Source: Isurus oxyrinchus (taxonomy: Eukaryota). Taken from it: a stretch of 64,000 nucleotides of DNA. The notes beneath the pieces were generated by a model that saw only the letters and a program-made list of their open reading frames with translations, was not told the origin of the DNA and did not search any database. The stretch's first letter is position 1. Every line of letters begins with the position of its first letter. Positions 47,765 through 61,644 of this stretch are shown here, one piece after another. Where the stretch lies: NCBI GenBank assembly GCA_026770705.1, contig JANJGN010000140.1, positions 682,001 to 746,000 of the forward strand, given 5' to 3'. A program made the position numbers and the translations under genes.

Positions 47765-50627
47765 AGTGTCTGGGTTAGAATTCGACAGGAAATAACAGAT
47801 TATTCTAAATATTTTCATCCTTCTAGTCGTATATTAAACCCAGATCCGAAACTGGCAGCACCCATCTCGGAGCGCATCTTTCCTCCACAGTTTTGTATCT
47901 ATTTCACAATCTCCCAAACCTTTCACTCACGCGCCTTGCCAGTGATTAGTATCAGAATTCAATATTTCAGTGTGACTTAGAGGATCATTCAGGAAGAGCA
48001 GCAGTGGAGATAGAAACAGAGAAATTGTTCAGAGTGATTAACATACTACAAGAAGCACATTGAAAAGTAAAGTAGAGAAGAAACATGTACCTTCAGGAGG
48101 CGAAAAGAGAATCTACACTAATATTGTGCCCGGGTTATTAACCCATCTGATTAGCTTTTCTCCTCTACACTCTCGTAGATTTCTCAGACTACATTTGGAT
48201 TGAAGACAACGAAGAAGAGAGCAACAACACCTGAATAACGGCTTCTAAATTTATCATCCCGTTCCTCTTCACTATTTTCCACAGCGCTGCCGTCACTCTG
48301 GTGAAAGTGAGAAGATTCAATCCATTCACATTTAAATCTGGCTGAAGCGGTTGGAAAAATCTACAAACGTCTCGTGGACAGTAAGGCCTAGATAAATTCC
48401 TCACGTCATAAAACTTTGGTTCAGCCCTTTATCATATGACCTGTTGAATGGCCAACGCCGTGGATTTTCCACACCCGTTTACTAAGATCACTATGGTATG
48501 AATATAAAATATGTCCTCTTGACAATTCTCAAAGTAAAATGTCTTCAGTTAACAGAGGAAACAGATAAATGCGATTTGAAGTGTGTGAGGTGATTCTGGC
48601 TGTAATATAAATATATCTTAGATTTTCACAGTTGTTTGAATATTCCAGATGTCTAGCATTAAAGTGTTCCTTGTTTTGCACTCAATTGTTCTCTTCTCTC
48701 TACACTAAACCCCACTTTTCTCTGTTCCCATGTATTTTTTTTCTCAAGGTGATGTCCAGTTGTTATAAACACTTTCTGTCAATTATTAGAAAAATACTCT
48801 AAAATATTCTTTGTGAAATTGCGAACAAATGTTGAATGACGATGAATTAATTTGGACTTTGATGAATGATTTTCTCCAAGGCTCCTCCACACCGCTGCAT
48901 TTTCCCAATAACATGTTTTTTCCCCTTTCCCTGACAGGGTTTCTTCGGCAGTCCTGGGTTTGAACTCAAGGCCCCTCAGTGAAGGAGCCATTGCGTCATC
49001 CATTGTCGCATCAGAATAAAGAGCCCTTTACCTTTGTCCTTTTCTGCCAAACCTCAGAGGCAGAATGAGCACACAGCGGACAGGAAACCCTGGCTAGTCT
49101 CTCTCATGCTATGGGCTGTTACACTCACAAGTCAGGTTCTATTAAAGAGGTAAGCTCTGCTCTGCCACGCCCTGAAACAGTATAATATATGGAATAATAA
49201 ACCTCCATCTACATTGCTGTTTGTTATTTTTTGCCTTTGTTTCCCATTGTTTCCTCCAGCGTCATTCCTATTTTCCTTATTAAAACCAGCAGGTTTCATG
49301 AATTCCCATGTTTCCTGGTGTCACTACAGATTGTGCGCGTGCCCCAGATCTTCAGTCAGTGTTTGTCTCTTTCATCTATTATTATTACACAGAGCTGTGA
49401 TGATCGCTTTACCGCAGTTCACGGCACCAAGGGTCATGTGGGAGAACAGTAATTATCAACCAATTACTTTCTGTGCATTTATATTTATCAACACATATCC
49501 ACATCGATATTATTCTGCTGTTCGCTCTTTATATCACTAACTGTCCTCACCTCAGCATTTTGCATCTCTCTCTGTTGATGTGTCTCTTTACCACTCAATG
49601 TGTTCAATCTCACCTTCACCTATGTCCCTCTGTTGCTGTTTCTCTGCACATGCACCGTACTGGGTCTCATTTTATTCAAACTCACTCTGCATCACCCATC
49701 GTTCCTAGTCTCAGTTTCATGTTCCACATTCTGTACGTGTCTCAAAGCTGCAGACAGACACAGAGCTACTCCATAGACCAGGTGCTATTCGCCTGTCACA
49801 GCTCAATGATTGAAATCTTTAACTAGTGAGAGAAGACGGCATGGGGGCCTCATTCGTTGATCTTCACAGGGAAATATCTCAGGTTTTTAACCATTGAGGC
49901 CAAACAGGTACTGAGCCGATGTACAATGGTGATGGTGGAGGCGGCGCTGGAAGGAGGGAATTTCTTGCATTCTCACTGGAATATTGTTCATGTTTTCAAC
50001 ATTCAGGATAAAGTGTGGGGCTGACCCACTTTGGTGCAGGCGAGGTGTGGGGGCGGTCTCATGGACGTCGGTGTGTGTCAAGCTTCTTGAGTGCCGTGAG
50101 AACTGCACTCATCCGGGAAAGTGGAGAATATTCCATCAAACCCCTGACTTGTGCCTTGTAGACGGTGGACAGGCTTTGGGTAGTGAGGAGGTGAGTTGCT
50201 CGCCACAGGATTCCTAACCTCCAAACTGGTCTTGTAGCCACAGTATTTATATGCCTAGGCCAGTTCAGTTTCTTGTCAATGATAACCCCCAGTGTGGTGA
50301 CAGTTTGGGATTCAGTGATGGTAATGCCATTGAATGTCAAGGGACGATGGTTAGATTCTGTTTTGTTGGAGATGTTCATTGCCTGGCACTTGTGCGGCTT
50401 GAATGCTATCTGCCCCTTGTCAGCTCAAGCCTGATGTTGTCCAGATCTTGCTGCACATGGGCATGAACTGCTTTAGTATCTGAGGAGTCGCGAAATGTGT
50501 TGAACATTGTGCAATTATCCACAAAATATCCCCACTTCTGACCTTATGATGGAAGGAAGGTCATTCATGAAGCAGCTGAAGGTGGTTGGGCCGAGGACAT
50601 TATTCTGAGGAACTCCTGCAGTGATAT

Positions 50628-53600
50628 CCTGGAGCTGAGGTGATTGACCTTCAACAACCACAATAGATCCAGTGACGATCATTGGTGGAGAAATATTGTT
50701 CAGGACAATTCCCATTCTCTTCTTCAAAATAATGCTCATGTGATCTATCATGTCCACCTGGGAGGTTAGGCGGTGCCCTCGATTTAACATCTCATCTGAA
50801 AGCCAGTCTCTCTGGCGATGCATATTTCCCCGAGGACTGAAATATCGGCATAGATCCTGAGGGTCAAGTTTCCGGAGAGGGACAGGATCCTAAAACGCCT
50901 TGTTTCGAGGCGATAGGGTGAATAACTGAGCCCCGGCTGACATTAGTGTTTGCAGAATGGCCTTTGTAAAGTTATGCAATTGCACCTTCCTGCAAATGAA
51001 TATATAGTTTATATATACACGGTCAGGTAAATGAGTACAAATCATCTATACGGGGTGCAGTCGTCTCTCGGTGCCTCGATCACTGGCCTTCCTAGAACAG
51101 GAAGCCAGTTTCCGTCAGGGGTTCCTCAGTAAATTGCCAGACTGTTGCTTCCGACAGAGTAGGATGTCCCGTTGAGCGGAGAGTCTGTGAACAGAAAGGA
51201 AACAGTATCCTGGTAATCCCATGACGTGGTGATCCCTCAATAACACAAGTTAGGAAAAACGATTGAAATAAAGAGAAGGAAATGTAAATAAATAAACTTT
51301 ACTGGTCCCCCTGTTAGCAGGTGGCCATTAAATTTTACCCCTGGAATCAAAGATCACTCAGAAAGAGAAATCGCCTTTCATGGACTCATGGTGTCGGTAA
51401 GCACTTTCCAACCCAATGAGGTACCTTTTCAGTGTAGTCGCTGCTGTGATGTGAGAAATTTTGTTCACACAGACGGCAGTGGGAATGTTTAATTCTCTGC
51501 CAGAAAAGGTTGTCACTCTGGCCCTTGTTGTGGTGTGAAGGGATTTGAGTGTCCAGGTATTTTCCGGATACTTTGAAGCTGTGGCCAATAGTAACCAAAA
51601 TATTCGGTCAGNNNNNNNNNNNNNNNNNNNNNNNNNNNNNNNNNNNNNNNNNNNNNNNNNNNNNNNNNNNNNNNNNNNNNNNNNNNNNNNNNNNNNNNNN
51701 NNNNNNNNNNNNNNNNNNNNNNNNNNNNNNNNNNNNNNNNNNNNNNNCTTCGGACTACGCAGTGAATTTGGACCATGAAATACAATGATTTATAGGGCTC
51801 CATCTCTCAGTATCTTGTGTAACTAATTTATTGATTCTTGCCCTATTTACACTATTGTTTACAGTAACGTGTCACGACGCCAAAACGTTTCCTATAATCC
51901 CCAGCTGTCACCTGTCAGAGCGGTGAAATGAGCGCTTGGTAAGTTTTCTCCGAAGATAAGGTTACGGAGCGCCATCTAGTGGAAATCTGTCTGTAAAAGA
52001 ACGGCTCTTAATTTATTCTCGAAAATTGCTGCATGATTATTCTGACACATTATTTTTTTATGGCTTTAGTTGTATTATCACTGTAGCTTCTGCCTTTCCA
52101 TTCTTTTGCTTCTGCTACTTTTACTATTTAATTTTCAGTCCTCGATTAATTACCTCAATTTTCCGACGTGCCTACGTCATTAAGACAGTCCGTGTTCACT
52201 TGAATAGATGAATTTCTTGTTCATGAATTCTTAAATCCGCAACTGATGAGGTTATGATTGTTCAGTTCGGAAGAAAGTAAGGCTTGCGAGTACCCGTATC
52301 ATCCAAAATTCAGGATGCCAAATATATACGAACATGGGAAATAGGAGAAGGAGTAGGCCTGTTGGCCCTTCAGGCCTGCTCCGCCATTCAATAAGTTCAT
52401 GGCTGATCTGACTGTAACGTCCCAGCTATCCCCTGTTACCTTCCACTCTCTTGCTTATCAAAAATCGATCTACCACTGCTTGTCCTGGAGCTGAGATGGC
52501 TGACATTCAACAACTACAACCATTTCGGTTACGGTGATTGTTGGAGAAATATTGTCCGGGCCAATAGCCAATTTCTTCCTCCAAAATAGCGCTCATGTGA
52601 TCAATTATGTCCACCTGAAAGGATAGACGGTGTCCTCGATTTAACATTTCATCCGAAAGCCGGCCCCTCTAACGGTGTACCATTCCCTGAGGACTGAACT
52701 GAAGTATCAGTATAGACTCTGCCTCGAGAAATGGACCTGAAACGTCTTGTTCAGAGGCGATAGGGCGAATATCTGAATCTGCGGCTGAGATGTAGTGTTT
52801 GCAGAATGGCCTTTGTGTTGTTATGCATGTGCAGCTTCCTGAAAGTGAATGCATAATTTATATATACACGATCAGGTACATGAGTATAAGACTTTCATAG
52901 CGGTGATCAGGTTGTTGATTGACATACGGGTCGCAGTGGCCTATCGGCGCCTCGATCACTGGGGCTCTCTGAACAGGAAGCCAGTTTCCGTCAGGGGCTC
53001 CTTAGTAAATTCCCGGATTGTCGTTTCCGACACATTAACAGTGTCCCGTCGAGTGGACAGAATCTGTGAAAATACCGGAGACAGAATCCTGATAATCCCA
53101 GGACGTCTTGACCCTTCATCAACACAATCCAGGGAAAAGGATTGAATTAAAGAGAAGGGTATTCGGAAAATTAAACTTTACTGGACATCATGGAAACATT
53201 GGGGGCATTAAATTTTTACACCTGGAATCAAACATCACTCGAAAAGAGAAATCGCCTTTCACAGACTCAGGGTGTCAGTAACCACTTTCCAACCTAAGGA
53301 AGTACCTTTCCAGTCTAGTCGCTGTTGTGATGTTAGTAATATTGTTTACACAGAGGGCAGTGGGAATGTTTAACTCTCTGACCTTTGTAGTGGACTGAAG
53401 GGATTTGAGTGTCCAAGTATTTTCCAGATACTTTGAAGCTATGGCCAATAGTGACCAAAATATTCGGTCACGGAAAAATGGACTGATCTCTCTCTCTCTC
53501 GGTCTATCTCTTTCTCTCTCTCTCTCTGTCTGTCTCTCTCTGCCTGCCTCTCTCTCTGTCTCTCATTTTGGTAACATTTTATTTCGGACTGTGCAGTGAA

Positions 53601-54322
53601 ATTGGACCATGAAATATAATGATTTATACGGCTCCAACTCTAAGTCGGGACTTAATCTATTGATTCTTGCCCTATATGCACTATTGTTTACAGTAACGTG
53701 TCACGGCACCTAAATATTTCCTGTAATCCCCAGCTGTCACCTGTCAGAGTAGTGAACTGACGGCTTGCTAAGTTTTCTCCAAAGATAAGATCTTGGAGTG
53801 CCAACTCGTGGAATCTTGCCTGTAAAACAACGACTCTCAAATTATTCTCGAATATTGCTGCATGATTATTCTGCCACGTTATTATGGTTTTTATGGCTCT
53901 GATTTTATTATTACTTCTCTATTTCCATTCTTTTGCTTCTGCTACTTTTACTATTTAATATTCAGCCCGAGATTATTTACCTCCGTTTTCTGACTTGCCT
54001 ACGTCATTAAGAAAGTACGTGTTCATTTGCATAAGTAGATGAAATTCTCGTTCATGAATTCTTAAATCCGCAACTGATGAGGTTGTGATTGTTCATTGTG
54101 GAAGAATATAAGTCTTGCGAGCACCTTAATCATCAAAGTAGAAAATCAATCAAATTTCAGGATGGCAAGCATCTGCAAACATAGGAAATAGGAGCAGGAG
54201 TAATTTGCCCTTAGAGCCTACTCCGCTATTAAATAAGGTGAAGGCTGATCTGACTGTAACCTCCCACCTAACCCCGGTTACCTTCCACTCCCTTGTTTAT
54301 CAAAAACTGATCTACCTCTGCC
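50628..54322 (+). repeat. ~1.85-kb tandem duplication (50628-52480 and 52483-54322)
   Basis: Colinear throughout, from CCTGGAGCTGAG.. to ..GATCTACC. Includes Deu-SINE fragments. The gap in copy 1 aligns with (TC)n in copy 2. Confidence 0.9.
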
Positions 54323-54670
54323 TTGAAAGCAATCAAAGCCACTGCTACCCCTGCCCTTTGAGGAAGGGAGTTCCAAAGACTCACTACTTTTTTGACAGAT
54401 AAAAATCTTCTCATCTCTGTCTTAAATGGGCGACCCATTATTTTAAGTGACCCCAAGTTCTAGATTCGCCTACAAGAGGAAAGATCCTTTCCAAGTGAGA
54501 TTTATTTTGTACAAAGAGATAATCTGTATGTTATGTTATTACAAATAAAAATATTTTCATTCCATTAAATCACTCGGATGATGAGCTGCTTTTTCTTTGC
54601 AGAATTGAATTGTATCGATCTCGTTTTTAAAGCCCATGTCCTGACTGTGTCCCCAGTCCCCATGTCGAGT

Positions 54671-54990
54671 AGTTCTGGTACAGTTTCCTCAACTCTTTGC
54701 CTCCCCCTGCTTCACCGAACTGTACTAAACGGCACCATCGGAGAACTGAACTGAGTGAACAGTGAGAGTAGTAGAGCCTTTCCCACGGTCCGCAGATACT
54801 TCAAATCTTCCGTCAACTCTTTCATCAGTGAATACGAGGAAGGAATACTCGGGAGCTCTACTGGAGAGTTGCCGGTTCAAGAATATAAGTTCATGTGCAG
54901 AGAAAGTAGAGTTATGTTGACGCAAAATCGTTGTTCTTGCGTTCTCGAGAAACCAATTTCTGAATTTTTTCCCAGCGAAAAGGAACAGCT
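54671..54990 (-). pseudogene. Degenerate TCR V
   Basis: NRQLSSRAPEY..VDGRFEVSADRGKGSTTLTVHSVQFSDGAV*Y. RSS CAGGGGG-23-ACCAGAACT. Confidence 0.75.
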
Positions 54991-55285
54991 TCCAAAGCAA
55001 GAATAAAGTTAACATAATGATATATACAATGTAAATTAAATAAAGTGCTTGTCTAAATAAGTAGAATAAGATGATCAATCCACCCATCATTACCTCTGTT
55101 GGAAAACCCACATTCAGGATAAGTTCGGAACTATTTCCACTATAAATGGTGGCATGGAGATAAGTTTACATATTTCCCAAAACTGCTTCTCTGTGGATTT
55201 GGACAAGGACAAACAGGGCAATAAACCTGCGGTAAAGAGACCTGTCTGTTTCCCTTCTCTGGAACCCGGGAGCAATAACCGCTGA

Positions 55286-55852
55286 GGTTTTTGTACGGGC
55301 TTCTAGCTGCGATCAAACGCTGTGCCTCATTGCACAGTAATACACTGCCCCGTCCTCCACACTCAATTCGCTTATATTGAGGTAACCGTTCTTTTGAGAC
55401 TTGTCAGCAGCCGCCAGATATCGTCCTGAAATTTCAATTTTCTTCTGTGCTAAGGCATTGGTAATAATCCAACTTGGTGGCCGTGCCGTCTGCTGCCGAT
55501 ACCATTGCATGTTGTACATATTCCGATCTGTAAATTCACAGTCTAATTGCACCGAAACCCCTTCTGACACCGTTATTGCGCCTGGGGACTGAGTTACTGG
55601 ATCAGCGCAGAATCCGTCTGTGAGGCAGAGGAATGAAATATCAAGCGGTAAAACAGTGTTGATCTAAAGTGTTTGTGGCTCCGTGACTTTGTGGAACTTA
55701 CTATCTACCCAGCTGTCTATCATGTGGATATTTCTAATCGTTAATTGTTTTAAATACTACCGCAATCGCTGTACATTAATCTACTAATCTGCCTTGATTA
55801 ACTTAATCCAGTACTTACTGTCCAACAGTGCCGCCAGTATTATCAGAAACAT
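55286..55852 (-). CDS. Apparently functional TCRalpha/delta V (leader 55819-55852, exon 55325-55617)
   Basis: MFLIILAALLD|NGFCADPVTQSPG..VQLDCEF..MQWYRQQ..LNISELSVEDGAVYYCAMR. RSS CACAGCG-23-ACAAAAACC. Confidence 0.93.
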
Positions 55853-57049
55853 GTCCGAATGAATCCCTCCCGATGAATGTGAATGGAATGAGCCAGAGAT
55901 TGAGAAGGAGGGACGGAACCCGGAGTCTGTTCAGCTCATTGTTCCACCCACACACTGCAGGTGGCCAGGCTCATTGTGACATCACTCAGGAAATCATCCC
56001 TATTGGCTTTTTTGTTTCTACCACGTGGCTTGGTGACGCCCATGCTTGAATTTGGCGCCGTCCACTGGTGAATTCGGCTCAATCCGTGTTCGGGTGCGGC
56101 CGTTGATTGGACCCAAGGTTTATTGAAATGCACATCAAGGCACGAATGATCCCAAAACTCTAAATTGGAGCTGTAAATTGGAGCTGTTCAGACAAAGTCT
56201 TTTTTGCTGCTGATGTTTATGTGGGAACGTGATGTTAAATCTGGAGAAATCGTTGCTGGAGTTCTCTGCCCAAATCATGGGTGTGACTAAGTAGAAGGAA
56301 TGTCTAGATTTTGGAGCAAGTGCGGACGCTGCACATCAGAATGGTACCAGAGACGAAGAAAGTTTATGCGAACAGGATACGGAAATTTGGTTTCTTGTCC
56401 TCGTAGCAAAGAAGGTAGAAGAGAGACTCAATTGATGTGCTAAAAATTATGCCCTTTTGACATATTAGATCGCAATTGTTCCCATTATCAGAAGATTGAA
56501 TAACCAAATCATTTCGATTTCATGAAAAAACTGAGGGAAAGATCTGTTTTATTTATTACATTGTGCGTTTTACCGTCTGGAATACGGTGCCTGAAATGAT
56601 GCGGGAAGAGGATCCAAATGTAAATTTCAATATGGAGTTGTTTATTAGTAGAAAAAGGAAACGAACGTAGAAAATGTGGCTTGCGAAAGACGATTGGTAT
56701 GGCTCTTTCGAATAGACGCAGATACGATAAGCGGAGTCTTTATTCTGCCCTGTATCTTCGTCTGATTCTGGCCCCCACCTGTCCCTCCCGCATTATTTGT
56801 TCTCAGTCACCTGATGTGTGAACAGGTGCAGGATGCTCACAGTCTCCTGGAAATTCAACCGTCGCTATTTCCGCTCCATCAGTTCCGGCTGCAGCTGATC
56901 ACCGTGGCGCACTTTTTTCAGTTTTCAATCTGCGGCATCCCCGGCCACAGCTTCCGTTTTTACCTGTCCTCTGACCCGATTTTGCTGTTGGGGTATTGCT
57001 TCCGTTGGTCTGTTCTTGCCATTGGATAGATCAGCAGTACAGTGAACCA

Positions 57050-57330
57050 GGGACCTGATCTGGAACAGAGATGAGGGGGATTTTTTTTTCACTCAGAGGA
57101 TCGTGAGTCTTTGGAACTCTCTTCCGGAAAAGGCGGTGGAGGCAGAGACCTTGAATATGTTCAGACAGATATGGATATATTCTTCGTAAGGGAGGGGGTG
57201 ATAGTTTATCAGGGTAGATGGGGTGCAGATTTCAGGTTAAAATCAGATCATCCATGATCTTATTAAATGGCGGAGCAGGCTTGAGGGGCTGAATGGCCTA
57301 CTCCTCCTATTTGTTCTTATGTTTGTATGA
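57050..57330 (+). mobile_element. CR1 3' UTR fragment
   Basis: TTTTTCACTCAGAGG..GGAACTCTCTTCC..AATGGCGGAGCAGGCTTGAGGGGCTGAATGGCCTACTCC. Confidence 0.7.
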
Positions 57331-57715
57331 CCTGACAGATAATTTCCCAAACTGAAGAGCGACAGAGTCAAAAATTATCACTGTTAAAATTTCGGATCAG
57401 CCGTCACACAGCAGAATCACATGCACACATATTCAGTAAAATGTCCGAATCGACTCAACTGATTATAATCCTACAATTAAGCAATGCTGAAGATTTTCTC
57501 ACAACGAAGACCGCGTACAGTGAGTGACTGTTTCTGCTATCGGATCCTTTATGCTGTGACTGTCACAATCTCTCATCAAAGCCGCTATCTGAAGGATATT
57601 ATGAAGCCCACCGCAGCCCTGCTCAAAGCCTCCCTTTTGCTTCTCTCGTTCCGACCCGCCTTGCCTGTGATTGGAGAGATCGCTGCAGCTGTTCCGGGGC
57701 TGTAAACAGGAGGGA

Positions 57716-58189
57716 GGTTTTTGTTCAGTAACAGCCGCCTCTCCTCTCGGTGTGGGGCTCTATGGCACAGTAATACACAGCAGTATCCGCGCTCTCCGTC
57801 TTCTCAATAACCAACTGGCCCCGTTTGTCTGCAGTGGAAAGTTCCAAATCGAATCGGTCTTTTCTCTCTTTGCCATCCGATATTCGCTTCATTATCCACT
57901 CCAGTCCCTGACCGGGTTTCTGTTTGTACCAGTGCATTCCGTAAGTGCTGGACATGTCATAGCTGCAGTTTATTTGCACCGAATCCCCGCTCTGGACTGT
58001 TCTCGCAGTGGGAAACTGGGAAATTTGTTCCGACCGACATCGACCTGTAAAAACATTCAGACAATGAGACATTAGAGCAACGTGAGTATAAACAGACACT
58101 CTCTACAGGTTACAGACATATCCCCTATACTTACAAGTTAGCAGCAATAAAATGACAGGGAGTAGATTCATTTGTACCGGGTAATGCAT
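57716..58189 (-). CDS. Apparently functional TCRAD V with IgH-like FR2 (leader 58135-58189, exon 57755-58044)
   Basis: MHYPVQMNLLPVILLLLT|CRCRSEQISQ..VQINCSYDMSSTYGMHWYKQKPGQGLEWIM..ESADTAVYYCAIEP. RSS CACACCG-23-ACAAAAACC. Confidence 0.92.
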
Positions 58190-59299
58190 CCTTGCAATTC
58201 AAGTATCAGTAAGAAAAGGAAGCAGAGCTCACATCAGCAGAGAACAGAGCGCCTGAACGGGGTCAACAGCCGGTTAATGTAACAGCCAGAGATAATGTTC
58301 CAGTCACGTGGTTTTGCTGCTCTTGGGTAGGTGGGAAATAGACTTTGTTATCGTGACGTAAGGATGTTGTTTTTGATCCCCTGCTCCTTTCGCCATCGGT
58401 GCCCATCGCATCATGTCAATTGTCGAAACGCCAGGAATATCCTTTACTCCTTGTGGCCGGAAGTGAGCGGAACACAATAACTCTGCGGCACTGATTCTCC
58501 AAAGGGACAAACGTGGCTCCCGGACTTTTGCAAACATTTGAAACTCTGGACAAAGATTGTCTTAAGGAATGAAATCCTATCATATCAGTTCTCGTGCTGG
58601 AATTGTATATTCAAATTACCATAACTGTAAGATTTTTGAATTTGTGTCGGGACAGAATTGAAGGAGAAACGCATTGGCGCTTTTCGGTAATTCATCATAC
58701 AGCTGTGCACAGTTCCTGGGAGCTTTGACCGTGGAGCTGGTTCAAACCCCCCTAGGGCGAGGGATAGGGTGGGCTATAGATAACAGGGAGTGAACGAAAG
58801 CTGGGCATGAAAGTCTGCCCTCTCAGCTTTAACACAAATGAGCAAAGGATGTGATGCGGGAAAAGAAACCAAATTCAGGATAGTGTCAGTTTATCATTTT
58901 CCATTTCTGCTCACTTTCCCATGGAATATTTCTCATAATTTATGATAACGATTTTGGTCCGTCTGCATATAATTCCTCTTGATCTCTTGCCCCTCGTGAT
59001 TTGCTCTAAGAAACTCCTGTGCATGAACTTCAATCAATAAGAGGACGTGGTTGCGGAAAGAATTCTGAACCATCTCCGATAAACTCCGGAGCCTATAGAA
59101 GAAGCTGTTCGTCAGCAGGTGGCGACAGTGATCTACTGACACCAGAATGATAGAGAAACCAATTTTGTTGAGCACTTTGGAGAAAGCAACATCACATTGT
59201 TACCAATATTGGTATTACATAGATTACTGCTCAGCTTAATTCTAAGAGAACATTTATCATTCGAAATTATCTGAAGGAGAAGAATGATTGAGTTTATTT

Positions 59300-59760
59300 G
59301 AATCCACACTTTCAGAAGCATATCCTAGCCTTGGAGTGGGTCGAGAATAGGTTTACGAGAATTATACCATGGATGAGGGGCCTCGGTTATGTTAAGAGAT
59401 TAGAGAAACTGCGACTGGTTTGCCTAGAGTAGAGAATGGGAAAGAATGATGTAATGGACGTGTTTAAATTTATGAAGGCTTTTAACAGAGTTGTTAGTGA
59501 GATATTGATTTTTCTGGCAGAAGGAATAATAGGTAGAGCACTCGGAGTTCAGACAATTCGTAAATACTAAAGAGGTAAATTAGATTTTTTTATGCAGCGA
59601 GTTGTAATGAGCTGAAGTACCTTTCCCGGTATGGAGAAGGAAGCATAATCAGCTTCACTTTCAAAAGGAAATTGTACTTATACATGAAAGTGAAAGATGT
59701 GTGGGCCTTTGGAGAAAGTGGAGAGGGGAGCTAATTGGATAGTTTTATTCAGAGTGAGGA
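59300..59760 (+). mobile_element. Degenerate CR1 3' fragment
   Basis: ALEWVENRFTR..L.Y..RLEKL.L remnant. Confidence 0.6.
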
Positions 59761-61325
59761 CATGGTTCTGGTGAGAAGAATATATTTCATAATTATTTGA
59801 ACTGATTTTTTATTAATCAAACGTTCTATAATTATGCTCTTGACGTTTTTATTCGTGAAATTAGCAAAGGAAAGCTTAACAGCAACTGCGTTAACGAATG
59901 CTATGGCACATTTGTAGTCATAATGGACTATCTTAAACCTTTCAGCAGTTTAGTAGCTGAAGCAACTTGCCTCTGATTTCAGAATCAGTAGATTGTGGAT
60001 TCCACCTCAAATTCAGGACCTGAACATAATTACCAGTATTTCAATCTGGGCACTAAAAAGGCATTATCTTTTTCCGGGATGTCATGAACCTTGGCTGTTG
60101 GGGTGGGAATTCTAAGATATCTGTACACTTTTGACAATGAATATATAGTGTGTAGGTCAGTGAAAATCTTTTGTAGAGGTGATCAAGCTGATGAGTGTCA
60201 GGCAGGGGGGCAGCGGCCTCTCGGAGCCTCGGTCATTGCTCCCTCTGAAAGAAGGAGTTCCGTCACCCGGGATTAATTTTCACTGAGGCTGAGAAAGGAA
60301 TCACTTGAAACAGGGCAATATGAGAGGAAAACACAATGACAGACTGGAGCCCTGTACAAACAATGAACATGGGCATCCGGCTCTAATTTCACAGATATTT
60401 GGAGAAGGGGCTGTAATCCCCCTCCGAGGAATTACCTACCCATTTGAATGTTACTGGTAAGAGATGATATCAAAGCTGACAAAATGTTGCATTGAATGTA
60501 GGTCACCCATGTTCGGGAGACATGGTCGCAAATTGGTATCACTGGACTGGAAATCCAGGGGCCCAGGGAAATGCTCTGGGGACACGCGTTCAAAGAGCAA
60601 CTCTGGGTTATAAATCAGTAATGCTGACCACGACCACTATCACCGATTGTTGTAAAAACCTACCTGTTTCATTAAAGCCCCTGAGGAAAGGAAATATGGC
60701 GTCCTTATCTGGTCTGGCTTACATGTGTCTCTAGAAACGTTTCAATTACTATAACTCAACAGACTGAGATGATTAACACAGAGTGGAGTTTCATTAACCA
60801 TACGCTGCGATAAACAAGGGGAATGTTCCCTTTCGCCTCTCTGGGCAAAACTCAAAAGTTGTTCTAGCGTTATCACAATGTCATTCTTTCAGACAGTTTT
60901 TTTTTCTTTGTTTAAGGTGCAGAGGGTAACTGTAGCGCAGTGTGAATACTTTCGTGTAAATGCAAATATTCCAATAGGATTATGTTGACGCTTTCAATGA
61001 GCTTCCAAACATCGCCTTGAAATAGACCAACACTCATTAAAGTCACCGTTCAATATAACCCCACATTAATGTAATGGGAAAGCTTTCCTCACTCTAAAGA
61101 CTGCACTCACTGAGTGACTGCCTTCTCAGTCCGATACTTTATGATGTGACCAAGATTCTTGATCAAAACAGTACTCAACTGGGAGTTAGATACACACTTT
61201 GAGCTATCATTACCCATGGCAGGCCCCCTCACTGCCTCTCTTTGTTGCTCCCGTTCTGTACCATCTTGCCTGCCCTATGCTATTGGAGACATTGCTGCAG
61301 CTGTTCCGTAACTGCAAACAGGAGC

Positions 61326-61644
61326 AGTTTTTTATGAGTGACTGCCGCCTTTCCTCTCAGTGTGGGGATCTAACGCACAGTAATACAGAGAGGTATCCGC
61401 GCTCTCCATGCTCTCAATCACCCTGTTTCTCCACAGTGGAAAGGCCCAATTCACATCGCCGCTTTTCTCCCTGCCAGCGAATGCTTGCTTTATTACCAGT
61501 CCAGTCTGAGGCCGGATTTCCGCTTGTACCAATGCAGGAGCGCAAATATTGGACACATCATAGTTGCAGTTTATCTGCACCGAATCCCCCCTGAGGACTA
61601 TTCTCGAAGCAGGAGACTGCAGCACTCGGTCGAGAGACATCGAC
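61326..61644 (-). pseudogene. TCRAD V pseudogene of the GLxW family (exon 61365-61644)
   Basis: Frameshifted paralog of 57755; ends ..ESADTSLYYCALDP. RSS CACACTG-23-TAAAAAACT. Confidence 0.88.

Noticed and set aside
49210-49470. Possible V leader and 5' exon remnant
   Set aside because: No Cys, Trp or RSS follows.
60150-60365. V-like SVKIFC..QRPLGA remnant with CACAATG..ACAAACAAT
   Set aside because: Spacer is only 17 nt and there is no FR3 or YYC.
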